A stretch of DNA of 64,000 nt from NCBI GenBank assembly GCA_963514005.1, contig OY740811.1:16492001-16556000 (forward strand). Reading direction: 5' to 3'. Positions 1-11,512 of this stretch are shown here, one piece after another (position 1 is the first letter of the stretch; each line of letters begins with the position of its first letter). Under the pieces are notes generated by a model. It ran no database searches and had not been told where the DNA came from. It saw only the letters and a list, made by a program, of their open reading frames with translations. Both the position numbers and the translations under genes were made by a program. Source of the DNA: Raja brachyura (taxonomy: Eukaryota).

Positions 1-62
1 GGGAGAACCATATAGGTAGCAAATTTCAGTTACTTATTGTAGTGACGGGTGATTCATAATAA

Positions 63-187
63 AGAAGGGTCTTGACCAAAAAATCACCCATTCCTTCTCT
101 CCAGAGATGCTACCTGTCCAATTGAGTCTTCCAGCATTTTGTGTCTATCTTCTGTTTAAACTAGAATCTGCAGTTCCTTCCTACACA
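63..187 (+). repeat. PLE-derived terminal repeat copy (degenerate hammerhead core)
   Basis: GAAGGGTCTTGACC...TCACCCATTCCTTCTCTCCAGAGATGC...TCTGCAGTTCCTTCCTACACA; same family as 44862. Confidence 0.7.
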
Positions 188-1599
188 TTCAAAATACAAT
201 GTCATCTTCAATTTGCTGTAATTTACGAGCTTCCCATCCACTTAGCAAAAGTGTAGTTCGTAAAATCTGTAACAACATTTGCAAGGTGAATTTTCACAAA
301 TGTGTATTCTGACTACAGGCCTCGAATTTTAGAAGGAAACCCAGAGGGAAGTGATCACCAATTTTCACAGGAATTAGGGTTTCAAAGGCCTTCTGCAAGA
401 TTTCCTGCAGGCCAAATCCTGGGGGAGATTTGTGCTACACTTGCCCAGCACCACTGGCTTTAGTGAAGTAAATAGCGACAGAAGTAAATAGTTAGGAAAC
501 TTTTTGGATTATTGAATTCTTGTTCATTAAACAAAATATTTACTTCTTTGCTCCTGTTTAAATTGCACCATCTGGAAACTCTTTGGCCATCAAACCAACA
601 TTGTAACATTTATTTTACACCATTTATTTTAGGTGAACTCGTCATCCAGACACACTTTTTATGAAATAGATATCCCTTATTTTTGAATCACATTAACAGT
701 AATAGTTTTGATGCTTATGACTCAGTGAAACCCAAGTTAACCTGTAAAATGCTCCTGCGTGACTTCTTCAATGTGCCTGGATGAAAACCATTAAAAACCA
801 GGCTAACGGAAGGCCAAACTTTTTTAGTTATAAATTATTCACCCAGACTAAGTGCTGTTCCAGGCATGTTATTGTAGATTAATAAAAGTTTAATCTGCAG
901 AAGAAGGCCATTCAGTCCATCATATCCCTGCTGGATAACTATGTATATTCCCAACGTTCTTTTTTGGACACATTTCTCAACAAGGAATTAGGATTTCTCA
1001 ACAAGGAATTAGGTATGGAATTCTGACTTTTTGAGCATTCAATAAACAATATCCAAAAGCTGAGAGAGTCATCTTATAAACTCCTTTCCTCTTCACCATT
1101 TCATACTATTGATTTTGAATGTTAAAGCAAAAATCGGCTGAATAATTCATTGCCTACTTCAAGCATTTAAACTTTTCCAAATGGGATTTTGATAGCTAAT
1201 TCAATTATTTAGATGCCTTACAATTGTATGAGACTACTTAAAATCTCCTGCTTTAATCGAACTCTAATGTTGGCTAACTTTACGGCCATCACCTTTCAGC
1301 CATTACAGACTCAAGTACTAATATTTACAGCCCATGCTTTCCTTTGCAACTTCAAATGAAGAGGGCTGAACTTCAGCACGATTATTCTCATCTTGCTGAA
1401 GCCGCTCAGTGTTGTTACATCTCCCTTCACTTGCTCTGCTTTTACTGTGTGCTGAATGTAATGAAGAAACATTTGAGGTCATGAATTGGTATGTGTATTG
1501 GTTTATTATAGTCTCATGATATATCGTCTCATTGTCTTTGATATTACGAAAAATTTTGTTTAGCGTGCTATCCAAGTAAATCTTCTTCTTCTTGCGTAT

Positions 1600-2930
1600 G
1601 GCGATCCGAGTAAATCACACCATACATGAGTACATCAGGTAGTACAAAAAGAGAAAATACACAGAGGGCAGTATATAGTGTTCCAGTTCAAGAGAGAGAG
1701 TGCAGATAAAATAAACTGCACAGACTGCAGTGAGGTAAATTGGAAATTGAGAATACATTCTTAGTTTATGAGAAGTCGTATCAAGATTCTGATAATTGTG
1801 GAAAAGAAGATTACTGATAGTACGTGCTTTCAATCTTTTGTATTTTCTGCCCGATGGGAGAGGGGAGGAAAAGGAATGACCAGGGTGTGAGTGATGTTTG
1901 ATTGTGTTGGCAGCTTTCTCGAGGCAGCATGAAGTGTGGTTTGAATTGGGTGGATGCTGGTTTGTGTGTTGGATGGAGCTGTATTCACAACTCTCTGCAA
2001 TTTATTTCGGTCCTGAGCAGAGCAGTTGTCACACCAAGCTGTGATGCATCTGGATCGGATGCTTTCTACAGTGCATCTGTAGAAGTTGGCAAGGGTCATT
2101 GGAGGCATGTTGAATATCCTTCTGATGAAGTAGAGGTGTTGGTCTGTTTTCTTGGCCTCAGCATCAGCGTGGTTGAACCAGGACAAACTGTTTGCAATAT
2201 TTACACGTAGGAATTTGAAGCTTTCAACCATCTCCACTTTGGTACCATTGATGTCAACTGTGGTGTGTATTCCACCCCATTTCCTAAAGTCGGTGACCAG
2301 CTCCATCATTTTGCTGATATTGAGGGAGAGGTTGTTGTCTTGGCATCATGTTAGTCAGCTATCTCCTTCCTGCACTCGGTTTTGTCACGCCTGCCGGCAG
2401 GCTGCAGAGCAGCCAAGGCCGGAGGCCCGCCGGTCGGAAGCCGCAGCCGGCGTGGTCGGCAGAGCCCGTGCGCCGCGAGCTGACGGAGCCCGCGGCCGAC
2501 AGAGCCTGGGTCGGCAGAGCCCGCGACTGGGGCCGGGGTTGGCGCCACAGAGGCGTCTGGAGGAAACCCGGCAGTGACAGTGGAGAGGTCGGTGTAGCGG
2601 TCGATGAGGACGCCGACCAAAAGACAAGGGCAGACATGTGGAAGTGAGGATGCCGCTGTAGAAGGAAGAGAACAAAGGAGGACCTGGCGCGGATACTCTG
2701 TAGCTTTGTCAGCACCCTTTGGGCGACTATTGTGGGTCAAGAGGCCATGAATTCAGTTGCAGAAGAGGGTGCTGATTCCTAGATCCATGAGTTTGGAGAT
2801 TAATTTGGTTGGGATAATAGGTGATGAAGGCAGAGATGTAGTCAATAAATAAGAGTCTGACAAAGGTATCCTTGTTACCCAGTGTAGGGCCAGCGATATG
2901 ACGTCTGCTGTGGACCTGCTCAGGGTCTGA
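1600..2930 (-). mobile_element. Rex1/Babar-type non-LTR retrotransposon remnant (RT C-terminal part), interrupted by a GC-rich segment
   Basis: Minus-strand peptides RSTADVISLALH, DTFVRLLFIDY and INGTKVEMVESFKFLRVNIANSLSW...FYRCTVESI...KLQRVVNTA; frameshifted. Confidence 0.8.
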
Positions 2931-3388
2931 TTCCAGCCCCCAGGACCGTGGGGATACTGACAACAGGCACCGTCTATCTGATGAGCCTGAAGAGGAAAGT
3001 GCATTCTATGCTGCTGTGTTAATTAGGGGAATATATTTCAAAAGGGTTGGCGATTGCTTGCCAAAGTTCACCATAAATATTGCAGGAACTGCAAGATAAA
3101 TTATTAACTGGAACTGTGGATTGTCAGTATCCCAGCTCAGTTCCTGCTGCACATCAAAGGAACCTGACGGGCGTGGATAATCTCTCTGGTCTTTCCTCTC
3201 AGATGGGCTCTGTTGTCTCAAGTGATGGAGTCTGTTCACTGTGGCATTGACTATTTGCTGAACAGACCATCCATGGAGGTCTTGACACAGCTGCCCATTG
3301 GGAGGAGATTGAATGGGAGATTGTTTGCTGTCCACATTTCCAGCCTTTAGATGCCAAGAACATACCTGGGATGAACAAAGGAGAGGTT

Positions 3389-3770
3389 GGCAGATGCTAG
3401 TTTACCAATGGAGAAACACACAATGTTGGTGTAACTCAACGGGACAGGCAGCATCTCTGGAGAGAAGGAATCTTCTTCAGACTCAGACTTCAGCCTGAAG
3501 TAGAGTCTGGACCCAGAACGTCACCCATTCCTTCTCTCCAGAGATGCTGCCTGTCCCGCTGATTTACTCCAGCATTTTGTCTCCATCTTCGATTTAAACC
3601 AGCATCTGCAGTTCCTTCCTACACACACGTCAGACAGCATCCTTAGTGATCATGGATAGGTGACAGTTCAGTTTGTGACCTTTCTTCAGACTGGTCCCAA
3701 CCCAAAATATCACCTATCCATGGTCTCCACCGATGCTGGCTTACCCGCTGAGTTACTCCAGCATTTTGCT
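3389..3770. repeat. Two adjacent head-to-head (inverted) pairs of the PLE terminal repeat
   Basis: GGGACAGGCAGCATCTCTGGAGAGAAGGAAT versus ATTCCTTCTCTCCAGAGATGCTGCCTGTCCC; CATGGATAGGTGA versus TCACCTATCCATG. Confidence 0.75.
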
Positions 3771-3799
3771 ACTTTTCAAAGTAGATAGGTTAGCATTTC

Positions 3800-4110
3800 T
3801 ATAACACCATTCACAGTCCTTTCTGGACATCCCAAGGCATTTTACTGCCAACAACTTGACTCTTGAATTGTAGCCATCACGATAATGTTGAGATCAATGG
3901 AAGCTGATTTTCACATGGTAAGTTTCCATAAGCCACAGTGTGATGGGGACCAGATAGTCTGTTGCAGTGACAGCTTTTTGAGGGATAAACATTGTCTCTG
4001 AACACCAGGGAGTACTCTCCTGATCTGCGCTGCGTTCATGTGATTGAATCAGAGAGCAGACAGACCCTCAGGTTACTGTACCCTCTGACAGTACAGTATT
4101 CCTGCTGTAC
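3800..4110 (-). mobile_element. Deu-domain SINE remnant (SacSINE1/AmnSINE-like)
   Basis: The reverse complement resembles the Deu-SINE body as recalled (GGAGAGTACTCCCTGGTG...TTTATCCCTCAA...CTGGTC...TTGGGATGTCC). Related fragments lie near 7250-7440, 27840-28240 and 31600-31780. Confidence 0.6.
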
Positions 4111-4249
4111 AGTATTCCTGCCAGAGACAGGGCGGATAGGAGGAACATTTTCTCCACAGCAAAACACATGTCTAAAATTTGGAAGGCATTCAGTTTGCAG
4201 TAAGGAGTAAAAGGTTTTGATTTGGGGAGAATTTCTTTCACCGATAAGT

Positions 4250-4570
4250 TTTAGTTTTAGTTTAATGTTTTTCATGGAAAGAGGCCCTTAGGCCCACTGA
4301 GTCCATACTGACCATCAAACACCTATTCACACTAGTTCTATGTTAGTCCACTTTCTCATACATTCTCTACACATCAGGGTCAATTTTACAGAGGCCAATT
4401 AACCTGCAAACCCACATGTCTTTGGGTTGTTGGAGGAAACAGGAGCAACCGGATGAAACCCATGCGGTCACAAGGAGAACAGGCAAACTCCGCACACATA
4501 GCGCCCGAGGTCAGAATCAAACTCGGGTCTCTGGCGCTGTGAGGCCTCAGCTCGACCAGTTGCACCACTG
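4250..4570 (-). mobile_element. tRNA-derived V-domain SINE (HE1-like, elasmobranch)
   Basis: Reverse complement gives tRNA-like head GGTGCAACTGGTCGAGCTG...GAGTTTGATTC, V-domain GGAGTTTGCCTGTTCTCC...GGGTTTC...TTTCCTCC, and a (TAAAAC)n tail. Confidence 0.8.
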
Positions 4571-5499
4571 TGCTATTCTTAAACGTGTTCAGAATCTGCA
4601 ATGCACTGCCTGAGGGGGTGGCAGAGGCAGAGATTCTCACAACATTTTGATGAGCAATTGAATTGTCAACCTGTGGAAGGGTACGCTCCAAGTGCTGGCA
4701 AACAGTATTGGTACGGATGGCATTTGATGGTCAGCATGAACATGATGGACTGAAAGGTCCGTGTTCATGTCTTGTGATACTTTGACCTGGTGATGCTATG
4801 AAATGTGGGTCTGGACTCTCACAACTCCTTGAGATCTTTAAATCCAAGCTCCTTAAATCTCTATCCTTTTATCTATTTTGCTTGTGTTGTGTGTGAAGAT
4901 TGTGGGATGGTGTGTCCATTAAGGGGATACATGTGAATTGGTTTTGAACGCTTGGTTATCAAGGTAGGTTTGGAGGATGATGTAAAGATACAAGAATCTA
5001 TATGAATTCCAGTGACTTATTTTACGGCCGAGATTGTAATTACTGAACTAAATTTCAGATATTAAACTGTCATCGGTAAGAACGCTTAAGATTTCCATTC
5101 TCCCAAAAGATTTCAACACCATTTCAGCTCCACCTTTATTCGGGAAGGTACAATACTTGAAATTCTAAAGGAAAACATAAGATCAAGAAGTTATTTATCA
5201 TTTCTAAAATCCTTGTCCACCTCTTTGTTACCTCTCAATTTGTCAGCTTTCCTGATTGCATCCTATGTGAACTTGGACTCATCTAGAATACTTCTGCCGA
5301 TACACTGACTGGCACTGTTCCATGCATCTGTGCTGTCTGACCTGCTTGACACATGCACAGCACTGCTGATATTTGTAATCTTCTACTCATATTCTACCAC
5401 ACCACCTCCTCCTGACCAGCACTCTCAGAAGATCTTGACACTTCTTGCCTGGCCTCTTGCTCATCTACAAATCTAATCCCATGACCACCATCACATGTA

Positions 5500-5952
5500 G
5501 ACATGAGGCCACACACAACTGGAGGAACAGCACCTCATATTCCTCATATTGGGTGGCTTACAACTCAACGGTATGAACATTGAATTTTCAAACTTCAAGT
5601 AATATCCCCCTTTCCTGTGCCCTCCAAGTCCTCTTCTTCCCAACCCCTCATCCCCTTCCACCTACATCCCTCCCTCTGGCTTTACAATTCACTCCTCGCC
5701 CCTCCTTTTTGTCTCTTTTTCATCTCTAGCCTTGGTCACTACCCATCTGTAAATCAAACCACTCCTCACTTATATCCACCTATCACTTGCCAGGATTTGT
5801 CCCCGCATTTTACCCAGCTTTCTGCCCTCACTTCAAAAAAGGGTCCCGACCTGAAACGTCACCTGTCCATTCCCTCCAAAGATGCTGTCTGACCCGCTGA
5901 GTTCCCCCAGCACTTTGTGTCTTGCTCTTGATTCCAGCATCTGCAGTTTCTT
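5500..5952 (+). mobile_element. Penelope-like element 3' end (end of GIY-YIG ORF plus terminal repeat)
   Basis: Encodes ..LEEQHLIF..LGGLQLNGMNIEFSNFK* (interrupted by a short duplication), then a pyrimidine tract and AAGGGTCCCGACCTGAAACGTCACC repeat. Confidence 0.75.
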
Positions 5953-7454
5953 ACATTTTCAGGCATGGCTTTAGTGATCTTGGGGCTAAATGCTGGTTTC
6001 CCCTCCCAACACTTCTCCCTCCCAACTGAACAACCCAGGGCTGCAGTTAATAGAGCTGGTACTCAGCAACTCCAGCAAACCCAATCTCTGATGGTGTCAT
6101 GTTCTCCCTCTGACTCAGTGCATTTGTGCCCACTGTTCTGGTTTCCTCCCACATGCCAAAGATGTGTGAGTTAGCAGGTTAGTTTGCCTCTGTAAAAGAC
6201 CCTCAGCGTGTAAGTGAGGGGTAGAATCTAGGGGGAGTTGATGGAAATGAGGGGTAAAAGTGTTAATGTAAGATTAATGTGAATTGTGGTAGGTTAGCAC
6301 AGACTCAAAGAGCTCAAGGGGCTGATTCAGTGCTGCATGACTCTATGACTTTAACCTTAACACACATATCTTTGCTCATGTTTTTTGATTATCTATTGGC
6401 CTATCTCCTTATATGGCTCAGGGCCATAGTTTGATTGTGCTCTCACTATGGAAATGTTTGCAATGTTCAAGGTGATAAGTAAATGCATGCTGTTGTTGCT
6501 TGTGCATTGTTGACTGCTTGGGAGGTCCCTGGAGGCATTTCATGTCAACGTTAATGAGGTTGCAAAACCTGCAGCCTCTGGCTCCCTGTGAAAGCGAGAA
6601 CACTGAAAGCTGCAACGTGCATCTGGGAGTGGGATCTCCAGAGACCACAGCCTTGTCCCTGGACAAGTCCATTGTGTAGATCACGCGATGCATCGACACT
6701 AAACGCAAAACAACTGAAGACACATTCTCAACTGCTCGCACTTGAAAGGCAGCTTTCAACCTATTAATCTCAATAACGCCAACTATAGATACGTTCTCAA
6801 GGAATATCTGAGAAATCAGACTGACGCTGGTAAGTAAATTCATGAAGAGAATAAAAGTCATATATTAGTCATTTATCAACGTTGGTTTGGATTCATTACA
6901 GGAGGTTTATTCAGAAACTATAGCATTAGTGCTGTGTACTATTTGGTATTTATCTGAAAGGTAAAACATTGATTGCACTGTTATCTCCGCAGGGGGATGT
7001 ATATGTTTTTAGAGTTTATGTACATTATATATAATATTGGCAGTTGGCATAACTATATTATTTGCAATAAACAAAGCCTCACACAGTCTTCCTCAGCTTT
7101 GCAGATGTCATGCGTTGATTCAGTGTTGGCTGTAGCTGCGTTTTTCACACTCTCACTACTCTACTAGACGGTTCACGTTCCAGACCAAAGCTTTTAGCAC
7201 ATAAACTCTGTCGGATTCCCCATTGCAGAATCGAACGTGTGCTGCATTGGTGATGGTGCTACGTTTTGGATGTGTTATTGAACTAGGGTCTCCTCGTTTT
7301 ACTCAGATGGATGCAAAATTAGCTAGGCCACTGAAAAAAACAATGAGGGGGTTCTTCCAATGTCCTGGGGAAATGAATTGCTCAGCTAACTTCACAAAAA
7401 AATGATCGTGTGTTGATTATTCTTTTCTATTGTGGGACCTTAAAGTGAGAAAAT

Positions 7455-7655
7455 GACACGGAGTGCTGGTGTAACTCAGTGGGTCAGCCAGCATCACTGG
7501 AGAACAGTGACAGGTGATGTTTTGTATTAGGACCCTTCTTTGGACTGGTTAATTCCTGATTTGCAATAAGCAGCAAAAAACAAACTGCTGGCGTAACTCA
7601 GCATCTGTGAGGGGGATGGACAGCCAACGTTTCGAGTCGGGACCCTTCTTCAGAT
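7455..7655 (-). repeat. Two PLE terminal repeat fragments
   Basis: GTAACTCAG...CAGCATC...GGTGATGTTT...GACCCTTCTT; ACGTTTCGAGTCGGGACCCTTCTTCAGA. Confidence 0.7.
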
Positions 7656-8039
7656 TTTTATTAATGATTACACTTCAATAAACCAGTTAATCAATAAATT
7701 TGCCTTTGGGTAAATTTGAAAGTGATATGAAAAGAGCAAAAATGTACGTGCACAGTTCCTTAAGGACAGTGTGTCAGTAAAAAGGTTGTAAATGCATACA
7801 GAATGCCTGCCATAACCAGCTGATGCACAGAAGATCAGGGAAGTTATGCTGGAACTGTAGACAACATTAGTAAGACCACAGGTTGGTTCTTTTGTTCAGA
7901 TGCGGAGAGATTGTAGGAGAGACAATGTAGGAGAGATGTGATTACAATGGGGTTGGTGCAGAGATTCACATACTCATGTAGCTTTTTCCAGATCTGGAAA
8001 ATTGCAGAGAGATTGAATATCAAGGGGATTGAAGAACAA

Positions 8040-8590
8040 CCACATACACCTCCTCTAACCACATCCTTTGCATTTGGTGCTCCCAATGTGGCCTGTTTTA
8101 CATTGGCAAGACCAAGTGTAGATTAGGCGACCATTTCAATGAACATTTGCTCTTGGTCCACTGGTCTGCTGGATTTTCTGGGTGCTAATCATTTCAACTA
8201 CACTTCTCATTCCCATACCAACCTTTTTGGCTTGGGCCTCCTCCATTGGAAGAGTGAGGCCACACACAAATGGAGATATAGCACCTCATAGCTTACAACC
8301 CAATGGTAGGACAATTGAAAGCTAAATTTTAGACAAAAAACTAATACCCCCCCCCCCCATTGCAAAACTCTCTGTCTCCCTCCCCCCACCCTTCCCCTGT
8401 GCCCAACCTGGATGTGCACCCATTTCTTCCTCTATCCTGCCTTTCCCTTCCCCATATCACCTTGCACCTAAATACCTTCACCTGGCTACAATCACTGAAG
8501 AATGGTACCTAACTGAAACGTCACATATCCATTCCCTTCACACAGGCTGCCTGACTCATTGAGTTACTCCAGTGTTTTGTATCTTTTTAA
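8040..8590 (+). mobile_element. Penelope-like element remnant with GIY-YIG endonuclease motif and terminal repeat
   Basis: From 8051: SSNHILCIWCSQCGLFYIGKTKCRLGDHFNEHL, then ANHFNYTSHSHTNL..LGLLH; CTGAAGA at 8495 and GAAACGTC at 8515-8522. Confidence 0.85.
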
Positions 8591-8639
8591 AAATAACATA
8601 GGGTTGTGATGAACTAGAAGCAGAAAGAATATATAATTG

Positions 8640-9130
8640 TCTGAAAAGTGTGCAGGGAACATTTACGAGCAAGTTACCAGGACATGAGGGCCTGAACTAT
8701 TGGGAAAGGCTGAGCAGGTTAGAACTTTATTCCTTGGAGTGCAGGATGCTGAGGAGTGATGTTATATAATTGTATAAAATCATGAAGGGGATAGATAGGG
8801 TGGGTGAATGCACAGAGATAGTTCCCCAGAGGTGAGGAATCAAGAAACAGAGGGCATAGGTTGAAGGTGATTGGGACAAGGTACCCAAGGGGCAACCTTT
8901 TCACAGAGGGTGATGGATATATGGAAGGAGCTGTAAGAAGAAGTCGTTCAGGCAGGTACTACAACAACATTTAAATGGCACTTGGATAGGTACATAGATA
9001 GGAAAGGTTTATAGGGATATGGCCCAGACGCAGGCAGGTGGGACTACTCTCAATAGGGCATTTTGGTCAGCATGGACAAGTTGGGTGAAAGGATCTGTTT
9101 CCGTGCTGTACAACTCTATGACTCTATAAT
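8640..9130 (+). mobile_element. CR1-clade LINE 3' fragment (HER1-like)
   Basis: Typical CR1 3' RT tail (ACTTTATTCCTTGGAGTGCAGGA..., GGGCATAGGTTGAAGGTGA) ending in CTCTATGACTCTA. Another fragment at 9435-9590 (FNPSKCTVLHFGKSN). Confidence 0.8.
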
Positions 9131-9601
9131 TTTACAAAATTGAGGGGCCTAGGTAAACAGGAAGACCTTGTTTCCTTTTGAGAGAGGCAAAAGAATTAAC
9201 TAAACATAGTTTAAAACTATTTGTTAGAGGTATGGAGATGTGATTAGGGGAAACGTTTTCATCCAGAGAGTATTGGGTGTCTGCAGGGTTGGGAAATTCA
9301 GGGACCCATGTTGTGGTTATTCACCACTCGTATGTGTAGCAGGAGGGCTGGGATCTGCAGGTTAGTGGGCCCAGTGGTATGCCGGAAAGGCTGTGAGGCT
9401 GATCAGCCGGCAGAGGCTGCTGCTAAGAATGTTCCCTGACCTGGAGTTTAATCCAAGCAAGTGTACAGTGTTGCATTTTGGAAAGTCAAATATCAGGGGA
9501 AAGTATATCGTTAATGACGAGACACTTAACAGCATTGATGTACAGAGCAATCTTGGGGTTCAAGTGTCTAAAGCTCTCTGAAAGTGACAGCACAAGTGAC
9601 A

Positions 9602-9830
9602 TGCAGCATCTCTGGAGAACATGGATAGGTGATGTTTCAGGTAGAAACCCTTCATTAGACTGATTATGGGCGGGAGAGAATTCTGAGAGGGAGAGAGGTA
9701 GGACAAAGTGTGTCAGGTAAAAAGTGTGGACACAGGCAAAGGGGGGTGGACACAGGGGTGGTTGATGGTTGGAACAAAGGGGAGGGGGTGTGGAGGGGGT
9801 TGAAAGTAGGGGGAGAAATGGCTGGGAGTC
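9602..9830 (-). repeat. PLE terminal repeat fragment abutting the CpG island
   Basis: GCAGCATCTCTGGAGAACATGGATAGGTGATGTTTCAGG...CCCTTC followed by a purine-rich tract. Confidence 0.7.
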
Positions 9831-9879
9831 TAGGTGGGGCACGAGCGCTTGCCCTGAGCAAATACCTCCAGAGCACTAG

Positions 9880-10800
9880 GGGCCGCTGTTGTCGCCACCC
9901 GGGTACACGTGACCCGCCACCACCCTCCGCTGTGCGAGTGCGTCAGGGCCGGCGGACGCGCGCTCGCGTACACGCCCTGATCCTGAGCCGAAAGCGGTGC
10001 GCGCGCGTGCACGAGGGTACGTGCGCGCGGGGGGCTCGAGGCGGGAGAGCGTGGGGTTTCCCGAGCTGCGAGCAGGGGCGAGTGCCGCACCGCGCCCATC
10101 CCGCCGGAGCCACTGTCTCCGTGTAATGGCCGCCGCCCGCCGCGCCTAGTCCAGTCCAGTCCGTCCCATCCAGCCGGGCAGACAGACTGACCCAGCCGCA
10201 CGCACCGCGCAGCCTTCACTTCATCCCCACCTGCACCGCAGTGCTCACAGCCGACGCCGAGGAGGAACGATAGCCACAGCGCAGTCGGCCCCGAAGCGCG
10301 ACGGTTGGCGCCGAGCCCCGGGCCGAGAGCGGTCAATGTGAGCGGCAGCCCGCCGGGTGAGTGAGTGAGTGTGTGTGGGGGTGGGTGGAGGGGCAGGGGT
10401 AGGCCGCGTGTGAGGGTGGCGAGGGGAGGCCGCCGCCATTGGGGGTTTGTCTGTCTCGGTGTGGGGTACAACTGGGGATGTGGGGGTAGGGATCGGCTGT
10501 GTGTGGATGGGATGCCGCCCTCCCTCCCTCCCTCCCTGATGAATGGATCCCCCGCCCTGGGCCCACTCGGCAAACATGGCGCTTGCCGCCGCCCAGCTTC
10601 CATCCTTCCCTTTATTCCCGATTTGGGGCCCAGGGACCGGTCCGACGGCCAGTGGTCGGTCGAGCCGTACGCTGCCTGGCTGGCCGCTGTTGAAGCTCCA
10701 TCACAACGGGGGGCTGTGACCGTGGCGTCGCCCACGGGCTTGGCCAGTCTCTGTCTCCCGACTGAGCCATCGCGATCGGGGCTCGGGGACTGTTGTATGG
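9880..10800 (+). promoter_or_regulatory. GNB1: CpG island promoter of GNB1
   Basis: Abrupt GC/CpG-rich stretch in an AT-rich, CpG-depleted background. It contains an E-box CACGTGAC (9906-9913), NRF1-like GCGC-rich palindromes (about 9997-10012), a YY1-like TAATGGCCGCC (10124-10134) and a strong donor at 10357. Confidence 0.85.
10110..10356 (+). other. GNB1: Probable non-coding 5'UTR exon 1 of GNB1 (start approximate)
   Basis: Lies in the CpG island and ends in CGG|GTGAGT (GT at 10357). Vertebrate GNB1 has a GC-rich non-coding first exon far upstream of the ATG exon. The TSS cannot be fixed from sequence. Confidence 0.7.
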
Positions 10801-11293
10801 GAATATCTCCATCTTCTTGTAAGAAGGAGTCGTGCCTTGCCCTGTTTTTGCCTTGTTAAAACTAGGTGGGGTCAAAGATTAGGAAAGGATTTTTCTTTAC
10901 ATCCGTGTAACATACACTGACGACCAAAGACGTTTCATGAAATGCCTAGTTGACGGCTTGAATTGGGTAATAGGAAATAGACAGGTGGGGTCCTGCTGCA
11001 TTTAAACCAGTCCTTTCTGTTTCTGAAATTGCATTACAATGTACTAGAAATTTCACGTATGCTTCACATAATTAAAGTCCAAAGAGCGAACGCAAAGGTA
11101 TATTGCTGGATAATTGTTCTTGATACATATACTAAAAGGTGGTTATAAATATACAGGGATAATTTTAGAAAATAAATCTTAACATCTGAAACACAATTGA
11201 CTTGTTTATTTTCATTCCTCATTCCCTTGGATGTATCACTTGCCACCTCTAACTGCTACCTATGTGATCCACCTCTAACTACTACCTATGTGA

Positions 11294-11512
11294 GGGTTAC
11301 ACAAAAAGCTGGAGAAACTCAGCGGGTGCAGCAGCATCTAAGGAGCGAAGGAGATAGGCGACGTTTCGGGTCGAGACCCTTCTTCAGACTGAAGAAGGGT
11401 CTCGACCCGAAACGTCGCCTATCTCCTTGGCTCCTTAGATGCTGCTGCACCCGCTGAGTTTCTCCAGCTTTTTGTGTAACCCTCGATTCTCCAGCATCTG
11501 CAGTTCCTTCTT
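11294..11512. mobile_element. Young non-autonomous PLE-derived insertion: inverted-repeat hairpin with two back-to-back hammerhead cores and an 18-bp TSD
   Basis: Arms 11292-11387 and 11389-11484 are reverse complements (one mismatch). TSD TAACTACTACCTATGTGA at 11276-11293 and 11513-11530. Confidence 0.9.
11389..11416 (+). ncRNA. Minimal type I hammerhead ribozyme core (PLE-associated); mirror copy at 11360-11387 on the - strand
   Basis: CTGAAGA-A-GGGT(CTCG)ACCC-GAAAC-GTC: CUGANGA and GAAA boxes, stem II, loop-less palindromic stem III and a GUC cleavage triplet. Stem I pairing is weak. Confidence 0.6.

Noticed and set aside
971-1013. Short tandem duplications (also about 20755-20785 and 28068-28113) and a 15-bp inverted repeat at 34555-34596
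   Set aside because: Ordinary slippage or local duplication events with no further structure.
9830-10875. Long ORFs (301 aa on -, 164 and 138 aa on +) over the CpG island
   Set aside because: Low-complexity Pro/Arg/Gly/Ala translations expected from GC-rich, stop-poor DNA; no recognisable domain.
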